From a virus, in the IMG/VR virus record IMGVR_UViG_3300042905_003904, positions 65,223 through 129,222 of that record: 64,000 nt of DNA; one strand, 5' to 3'. The notes under the pieces are model-generated. The model saw nothing but the letters and a program-made list of their open reading frames with translations. It did no database searches and had not been told where the DNA came from. The position numbers and the translations under genes are program-made. Below are positions 57,195-64,000 of the stretch, piece after piece (positions within the stretch are counted from its first letter, which is position 1; each line of letters opens with the position of its first letter).

Positions 57195-57349
57195 GGCAGT
57201 TGCAGAGCTTGCCGTTCCCGATCCAGACGGTCTATCTCCCAGCGATGTGCGCACCCACCATCCCTCCCCTCGCCTGTTATCTGCCGCTCTCGCTCGGCTG
57301 CAATTTGTGCGGCACCACTCAACGGCTGCTTTGGCTGTTCTTCGATCAT
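57191..57349 (-). pseudogene. 52-aa ORF, possibly an internally deleted phage gene
   Basis: IAAERERQITGEG joined almost directly to EIDRLDR, recalled as the two ends of a longer phage protein. Confidence 0.4.
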
Positions 57350-57953
57350 AGTTCACCGCGTTCAAAGGTTTCTCCTGCCACTTCAAATTCGTCCCCAATA
57401 ATATACCCGTGCAGGATTTCTCCGTCTGGCAATTCCGCTTCACATTCCCATTCCCACCAAGTATTTTTAATGTGGGTGTCTTGACGAATCAAGGAGATTT
57501 TGACTTCTGTGGGAGTTCCGTTCCAATTAATGTAGGTTTTCATATTATTAATTTCCTTCTAATTCTCGAAATTCCAAATGTTCTGTTTCTGTTCCGTGAT
57601 TATAAACTACTACTTCAACCCCTTCACCAAAACCACATTCAATGCGCATGCCATTAGGCAATTCGTCTAGAATCTTTTTAAGGGCTCCGACTGTATTGGC
57701 TTTTGGGTGGTTGTCTCCTTTATAAAATTTTTCAGGGATTTTCATATTATTCAATAACTTCTAATACCAGACGATATTTAGGAACATCCCTTCGCCACAG
57801 AATTGGTGGCCAATTTAAGACTAAATTAGGACCACCAACGGGTTGATTTCTCATAGTAATTTCAAAATACTCATCTGGCTTTATCCCATTAGCCCATGGA
57901 TAGCCTTCTGCCAAAACCACTCGATTTGGAAATACTGGTGTTTCTGTTTTCAT
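57346..57953 (-). other. three small hypothetical genes
   Basis: ORFs 57346, 57548, 57747. Confidence 0.55.
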
Positions 57954-58006
57954 ATTCTAAATCTTAAAGGAAATAATCAGGAATGCCCAGACTAAATACA
58001 ATATAC

Positions 58007-58705
58007 ATGGCTAAGACCTTTCAACTACATCCGAAATTTTGGGATCAAACCCAGCAACTGGATTCGGATATTCGGAAACATCTATTATGGGCTGCAGATA
58101 CTTTTCTGGAATCTATTAAGATTCCGTTCTCTGTAAAGCATTTATACTTAACAGGTTCCTTAGCGTCCTTCATCTGGTCTGAGCTGTCTGATTGGGATGT
58201 TCATATCATTTTGGATCTGGACGTTAAACTGGACACCAAATATGTCGATGAATACCTAGAAGCTAAGAGCACTGAATTTAATAAGAAGCATCACATTATA
58301 GTTAAGGGGTTTCCAGTCGAAGTAAATGCTAAGACCAAAGAATCTAAACACAAAGACAAAGCCATTTACGATTTACAAAAAGATAGTTGGTTGGTTAAGC
58401 CAAAAGTTCCATCCAAAACGGTAGAGGACGAAGGGGTCCAAACCATTGTAAATAAATTCCAAGACTCTATTGAAGACCTGATTAGAAAAAACGCCACCGA
58501 AGAAGAGTTCACCAAAATAAAGGACCAAATCAAAGAACTGAGAGTAAAGGGCTTAAAGTATAACGGAGAGTATTCCACCGGAAATTTGGTGTTTAAAGGT
58601 TTGCGTTATAATGGTTCCTTAGAGAAATTATATTCCCACAAACTTCAAGCTAAGGACAAAGAACTGTCATTAGAACAAATTTATAAAAATATATGTCCGA
58701 TCTAA
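58007..58705 (+). CDS. Pol-beta-superfamily nucleotidyltransferase
   Basis: LTGSLAS..WS..SDWDVHI...PVEV...GEYS.GNLVFK.LR. Confidence 0.75.
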   Translation: MAKTFQLHPKFWDQTQQLDSDIRKHLLWAADTFLESIKIPFSVKHLYLTGSLASFIWSELSDWDVHIILDLDVKLDTKYVDEYLEAKSTEFNKKHHIIVKGFPVEVNAKTKESKHKDKAIYDLQKDSWLVKPKVPSKTVEDEGVQTIVNKFQDSIEDLIRKNATEEEFTKIKDQIKELRVKGLKYNGEYSTGNLVFKGLRYNGSLEKLYSHKLQAKDKELSLEQIYKNICPI

Positions 58706-59130
58706 GCGAGAAAGAATATAAGGTTGCTACTAGCAAGGAAGATTATCCTGTGCTTTTTGGGATTACCTATGGCAACGGGAAAGTGAAAACCGCGCAGGGC
58801 AAACGATCCGATACCCATGGAAGATTATTCCATGGATATGATTGGGTGGGAATTGATGGCACTTGGCGTTATACCTATTTAACAGATACGGTTTATTGGT
58901 GGCATCGCCCCAGCCCAAGAATGAAACAGGACACTATAGAATATTTAACTAATCTTTTAGGCGACGCCCCTAAACACCATGTATGCATAGCCCAAAGCGT
59001 GGACGCCGCGAGGGCGTTTGCAATAACCAGTCATCCACGGAAAAATTATAAAGCATTTGCACCAGAGTTCGATGAAGATACGCGTTTGCCATCATTTCAA
59101 GAATGGTATAAAGCTCACCAAGGAGATTAA
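58693..59130 (+). CDS. hypothetical protein, paralog A
   Basis: YPVLFG..TH..TWRY..T.T.YWW..P...PSF.EWYKAHQGD. Confidence 0.7.
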   Translation: MSDLSEKEYKVATSKEDYPVLFGITYGNGKVKTAQGKRSDTHGRLFHGYDWVGIDGTWRYTYLTDTVYWWHRPSPRMKQDTIEYLTNLLGDAPKHHVCIAQSVDAARAFAITSHPRKNYKAFAPEFDEDTRLPSFQEWYKAHQGD

Positions 59131-59133
59131 TTT

Positions 59134-59553
59134 ATGAAAAATTTAACTGAAGCAGTAACTGAAGCAGTTACTGAAGTAGAATACAATACTTCTCTTTCGG
59201 ATGAAAACTATCCGGTTCTTTTCGGGGCCATTGCAGAAATAGGCGACCGGATAATCTCAGTTATGGACAAGAGAAACAGCACCCACGGAAACGTAGGAAT
59301 CTATGGCGGGGAATGGCTGACTTGGCGATATGTCCCGATGACAGAAACGTTATATTGGTGGTTTCGCCCAAATCCAAGCCAAAAGGAAATGGTGAAAGAT
59401 TACATTTTCAAAAAATACCAATTTAAGGTCTTACATAATGCTGTTATGGATAGGGAGGGGATGATTACCAACCACCCCAAAAAATATTCTAAGGATTATT
59501 ACGAAAAACCACCCAGTTTTGCAGATTGGTATAAAGCCCACCAAGGGGATTAA
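59134..59553 (+). CDS. hypothetical protein, paralog B
   Basis: Same motifs as the preceding gene. Confidence 0.7.
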   Translation: MKNLTEAVTEAVTEVEYNTSLSDENYPVLFGAIAEIGDRIISVMDKRNSTHGNVGIYGGEWLTWRYVPMTETLYWWFRPNPSQKEMVKDYIFKKYQFKVLHNAVMDREGMITNHPKKYSKDYYEKPPSFADWYKAHQGD

Positions 59554-60110
59554 TCCGCAGTCAACATTTTGATGACTGCTTCGGTATTTTCAGCATTTAA
59601 TCCCATAACCCGAACCAGCCGATGAGAAAGGTGGACCATGTCTGCATCGTCGTCGAGGATACATACTTGATTTTGCTTAACTCCGTGACTTTCCATCCAG
59701 GCTTGAATTTCATTACCCCGAACAGGAGCAGTAAACAGAGGTCCTGCTTGCTGGTCTAGAATGGGCGTCATTCCAATAAAGTTCGGCCTCCATAAGGGAC
59801 CCAGACCTCTTTCTATTAACATCTCTACGATTTCATCTAAAGTAAACATTCGACGCCAAGTAGAAGAAATAACCACCCTACAATCCGTGCGCCAGAGGAT
59901 TTCGTTAAGATGTTTTATGGCTGCAGGGTTTAAATGACGAGGACCAAAAACAGCACAAAATGACTTTCTAGAATCTGGATCATCGAAATTAGTCTCCCTA
60001 GAAAGTTGGTTTCCTGGATATTTTAATTTGGTTTGTTGGTATTCTTCGGATTTGAACCAATCAAAATCATTCAAAACTCCATCGAAATCGCAGAATAAAA
60101 ATTTTTGCAT
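59550..60110 (-). CDS. HAD-family phosphatase (RNA-repair-associated type)
   Basis: FCDFDGVLN...VISSTWR...RGNEIQAW...ILDD. Confidence 0.85.
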   Translation of the reverse strand: MQKFLFCDFDGVLNDFDWFKSEEYQQTKLKYPGNQLSRETNFDDPDSRKSFCAVFGPRHLNPAAIKHLNEILWRTDCRVVISSTWRRMFTLDEIVEMLIERGLGPLWRPNFIGMTPILDQQAGPLFTAPVRGNEIQAWMESHGVKQNQVCILDDDADMVHLSHRLVRVMGLNAENTEAVIKMLTAD

Positions 60111-60557
60111 GATTTATTTTCGGTTTCCTTTATATCCAGCCATCAGCGTTTTCATCGCCCACACCATTCCTTCTACGGTAGATTCCGGGGCATTAGCATC
60201 CTGGTCCCTTTGGCGTTTACTTTCAGTTTCCATCGCATCAGCCACCGTGTTGGGTTTTCTTAATAAGGTATTCCATCTTGTCCTTTTTGGTTGATGGTTT
60301 ACTCCAATCAATATTATCCCAATTTTTCAGGAATTTCTTTAGGTTGGTTGGTCTTTTTTTACTTCCTTTGCCGTTCATATTAATATGGTAAAATTTGTTT
60401 AATCCATTCGGTGATGTGAGAAAAATGCCAACATGGTTCTTGGCCTGGAATGAAGAATCCTTTGCCGTCTGGACTAACCCGAATAACATCATGGCGGCAT
60501 TCTACTATTACTAGCCACATGGAATTGGGGTGGTTGTAATTTAAAGGGACTGTCATA

Positions 60558-60818
60558 TTACCTTTCAGAAGAACTCATTACCCGATGCACCCCAGAACCT
60601 CGTCCAGTTGCTCGCCCGTATGGATTATAATACTGCCAGTCTTTATGGGTTTCTGGATCGATAGTTTGCATAAAACCGTTGGTTTTCCCCTCAAACACCA
60701 TTACGCCACGATTCCTGGGTGGATTAATTATCTTGGCACAACAAGAACAAATTTTAGTTTCTGGAAGAACTTCCAGACGTTCGGTTTCGATGCTATTACT
60801 ACAGGAGATACAATTCAT
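60558..60818 (-). CDS. DksA/TraR-type C4 zinc-finger protein
   Basis: CISCSNSIETERLEVLPETKICSCC. Confidence 0.75.
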   Translation of the reverse strand: MNCISCSNSIETERLEVLPETKICSCCAKIINPPRNRGVMVFEGKTNGFMQTIDPETHKDWQYYNPYGRATGRGSGVHRVMSSSER

Positions 60819-61000
60819 ACATTTATCTTAACTAATTTTATGAGGAACGACTACTGCTAAATTTAAATCATTCAATGTGCTATATACCACTTCGGCCCTT
60901 ATCTTAGCACCATCCCAACCACCGCACAAGTTTAGGGACAAAGTGGGCGGCTACTTTGGATATAATTTCTGGGTCGTTTCTTTTAGGGGCTGGTTTCATA

Positions 61001-61417
61001 TTAACGGATTTTAACTTCGATATCTGGGATGATCGTGGATGGACGAAACACGACACGATAGTGAAACGGGGAGGCCTTTACAGAATCAAGCTGTTCGCAG
61101 AACCAGGTTACATTGTCCGAGATTCCAAGGTAGTGCTTTTTATATTCCTTCGGACCAGTCTTTACGATCACGGACAGTTTCTGGTCTGGCTCTACGACAA
61201 CAGATAATAACCCCTCGATGGTCAAAATATACTCACTAGTGATTCCATTGTAAAAGACCACCCTTCGGTTCACCTCGAAGTTGTGGGCTGCTTGCGAGAC
61301 ATTATAGGCGGCGACTTCGGATTCTTGTTGGCAAGATGAAAGTCCAAGGGCGACTGCAAGGATGATGTATTTCAGTGTTTGTTTCAATGTTTGTTTCATA
61401 TTAGATTGTTGGTTCAA
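61001..61417 (-). CDS. phage lipoprotein
   Basis: Lipobox LSSC; NFEVNRRVVFYNGIT...YKKHYLGISDNVT. Confidence 0.75.
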   Translation of the reverse strand: MNQQSNMKQTLKQTLKYIILAVALGLSSCQQESEVAAYNVSQAAHNFEVNRRVVFYNGITSEYILTIEGLLSVVVEPDQKLSVIVKTGPKEYKKHYLGISDNVTWFCEQLDSVKASPFHYRVVFRPSTIIPDIEVKIR

Positions 61418-62597
61418 AAACTTGACCGCTTCCGATGGCCTTGTCGTTCATGGCATTATTAAAGTCAAACCGGGCATAGTTTGGAATCCCATAGCCAGTG
61501 AATCCGTTATACTGAACCGTTACCAATTTCCCAACCAACTTGGATGGGTTATTCCAGGCCCAGGTGGCTTGCTCTCGGGTTCCTTTAAATGTGCCGCCAA
61601 ATTCATGAGTCAGCACTCCATCTACCATGACAGGCTTCTTGAGTTGGAAATCGATTCGCTTACAGGCCCCTGCCCAGTTTCCTTTGCATTCGTGAAGCTT
61701 GAGGATGATAAATTCAGCATCATCTGTTGGCTTCAATTTAATCATCTTTTTAGTTCGCTTGTGTTCATACTTCATATCAGCATATCTCACAATAGCTCCT
61801 TCGTGTTTATCCGCAATCAAATCTTCATAGATAGCCCACACCTCTTCTTCTGTATTACACTTGGTAGTTGGGACTACCTCCAACGCATCTGGAAGAGAAT
61901 TGGCTAGTTCATCCAAATAATGTTTGCGGTTGGCATAAGGAACACTTTCATCCATTCCATAAAACCCATAACCATCATAAAGAGCCAGACGGATTAGTTG
62001 CTTACTCTTGGCTAGAATCTCTGGAGTCACATGAGTATTCTTCCGAAGAATTCGCATGATTTCATTCAATTGCTGCCGAAGAGCCGCGTTGTATCCCTCC
62101 CCGTCCAAAACAGCATCAGGCCATTTCTCGAAAAACGGTTCCAGCGCCTTGAGAATATGCGGTAGCACTTCATATTTTTCTCCCTTGCTGGTAAAGGCTC
62201 CATGACGAGTAATGACCACCCTTCCGCCATTAAATTTATTTTGGACTAAACAAGGGAGCTGAATACCTTTCTTTACATCTTTTAGAGGAGTGGCTAACAT
62301 TGGTTCAACAAAGTAGAAATTATCCACGTCCTTCACATTCTCAAAGTAACCTGTCTTAGCCTTCTTATCCCACTTGGATTGAGCTTCTAGACGAGCCTGC
62401 TCTTCTCCAGTAGTTTCATTGGCCCTACCGATGTTCTTCCCCTTGCAGATAGTAGGTTTGCTGCTGGTGGTCTTACCAGTGACTCGTCCGGATTCCGTCC
62501 AGAACATATTATCCTTAACATTCACGCGCCAAATCTGTAAGGCACCTGTGGAGGTTCGAGAATAAAGTGGCGGAAGGAGAAATGGTGTATTAGGCAT
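61401..62597 (-). CDS. lig: ATP-dependent DNA ligase
   Basis: PMLA, QNKFNGGR, LDGEGY, EGAIVR, KLKPTDDAEF. Confidence 0.88.
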   Translation of the reverse strand: MPNTPFLLPPLYSRTSTGALQIWRVNVKDNMFWTESGRVTGKTTSSKPTICKGKNIGRANETTGEEQARLEAQSKWDKKAKTGYFENVKDVDNFYFVEPMLATPLKDVKKGIQLPCLVQNKFNGGRVVITRHGAFTSKGEKYEVLPHILKALEPFFEKWPDAVLDGEGYNAALRQQLNEIMRILRKNTHVTPEILAKSKQLIRLALYDGYGFYGMDESVPYANRKHYLDELANSLPDALEVVPTTKCNTEEEVWAIYEDLIADKHEGAIVRYADMKYEHKRTKKMIKLKPTDDAEFIILKLHECKGNWAGACKRIDFQLKKPVMVDGVLTHEFGGTFKGTREQATWAWNNPSKLVGKLVTVQYNGFTGYGIPNYARFDFNNAMNDKAIGSGQVFEPTI

Positions 62598-62607
62598 GAT
62601 TTAATAA

Positions 62608-63992
62608 TCAATGATTTTTGATGGAACTTCCACAAGTAAATGTCGGCGAATACGGCCAATCAGGGGTTTGTGGTTGGCTGTAATAAGGACCCTTAATCCA
62701 CGAGTAGCGATAACGTGGTTCTGGATCGGATAGTGTTGGTTTAGACATCTCGCTAATCATCTTATACAATCGTTCGTTCTCTTGCCGCAGCAGACGAATC
62801 TCCATATCCTTCTCTGCTAAAGTATTGGTGATGCGTCGGATTTGATCCATGATTTCAATTAAGTCGTTGGTGTCTTTGGTTTTCATATATAAAATGGATG
62901 AAGGTTTTATCTAAAAAAATAGCATAGATTCTGACTAAGTCAAATATCAATTTTATCAACGCCGGATTCCGTGTCTTGTGGATGTTGCTGTGGAATGATA
63001 AACCTTCTTAATGGCATTTCTGGTAGAGGCCTCAATTTTTCCAACACGATGAGGGCACAATGGTGACACAGATTTAGTTCTGGGTGATTGCTCCACTCAC
63101 ATCCACCCAGTAAACTCATGCTGGTGTGGCATCTTACACATGCGGGTTCTTCGGGATCCCATGCGATGTTCATCCATGATCCCCAATTAAACGCCATCAT
63201 ATTCATAGTAATTCTAATAGATATGAAATTCCCTTGAATACAAATGCAGTCCATAGAATACTAATTGCGATGATGGCTGCCCATACTAGAATCCTTTGTT
63301 TCATGGTTCTTTATGGAAGTATTCTTTGCCTAGCATAATCTGTTTATTTTTGCCAACAAATTTTACGGTGCGACTAAACATGTTTCCTTGATGCTTGGCT
63401 GGTTTCATAATGCCACAATTCTTAGGAACTGTTAGGGACCAAGCGCCTGCTGGTTCATGATCGCTATACCTAGTAATGATGGATTGCTCAATGTATTGTT
63501 CCATTTTAGTAAAGATCTCGATCTTCTACTACAGGGCTGGCTTCGAACGCTTTAACCTCTCGCAAGGCCTCCATAAGTTCGGCCGTGGATTTGGGTTCAA
63601 TGGGGGACGAAAAGCCAAGAACCACTTTGCCGTTCACAGAAACCGTAATTCGATGGGAAGTAGGTTTGGGTGCTTGTGGATAGAGATGGTCAAACGAATT
63701 ACCACAAAATCCACACTTGCGAGTTCCATCCGGATAACTGAAGGAGCATTTGCATTGTATCATATTAGTTCTTGGAATAGATATTGATCCAACTGACCGC
63801 TAAATCAGAGCCGCGGGCGAACATATCACCGGCCGCTTTGTTCAGAGTTTTGCCGCACAGGATATCAATTTCTGCTTTGCGGTGCGTAGCCACTGCTGTA
63901 TGCACGTTGAACAAATCAAAGGCATTAATATTGGTAGCAACCCGAGCTTGATCCTTGCTGGACATTTTAGACAGATCATAACCACGATTCAA
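62608..63992 (-). other. run of small hypothetical genes; the last ORF may be 5'-truncated by the window edge
   Basis: ORFs 62608, 62940, 63301, 63506, 63765. Confidence 0.5.
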
Positions 63993-64000
63993 ATGATCGG

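Overview
A 64-kb AT-rich segment of a large T4-like (contractile-tail) phage genome. About 1-23 kb is a virion morphogenesis block: a gp5-like hub (partial at the window edge and absent from the ORF track), terminase, baseplate, tube, sheath and neck genes, plus PhoH. About 23-37 kb holds small early-type genes and nucleotide/RNA metabolism genes (class II RNR, CCA-adding enzyme, QueD, dCMP deaminase, HD hydrolase, HPRT). About 37.2-47.7 kb is a minus-strand RNA cluster with 40 hand-folded tRNA or tRNA-like genes covering all 20 amino acids, interspersed with a dozen or more stem-closed RNA units I cannot assign. About 48-64 kb holds nucleotidyltransferases, GMP reductase, SLOG, HAD, a TraR-like protein and DNA ligase. 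The main observation is an unannotated 44-codon leader ORF heading the tRNA array. It uses all 20 amino acids and 37 different codons, and its stop codon lies in an 18-bp antiterminator that excludes an intrinsic terminator. I infer a pan-codon attenuator that would switch the array on when any tRNA is depleted. The tRNAs also show compensatory rewiring of the elbow, 8/4 serine tRNAs, and two tRNAs whose D-loop appears relocated 3' of the anticodon arm. All calls come from manual motif reading and folding; no searches were run.
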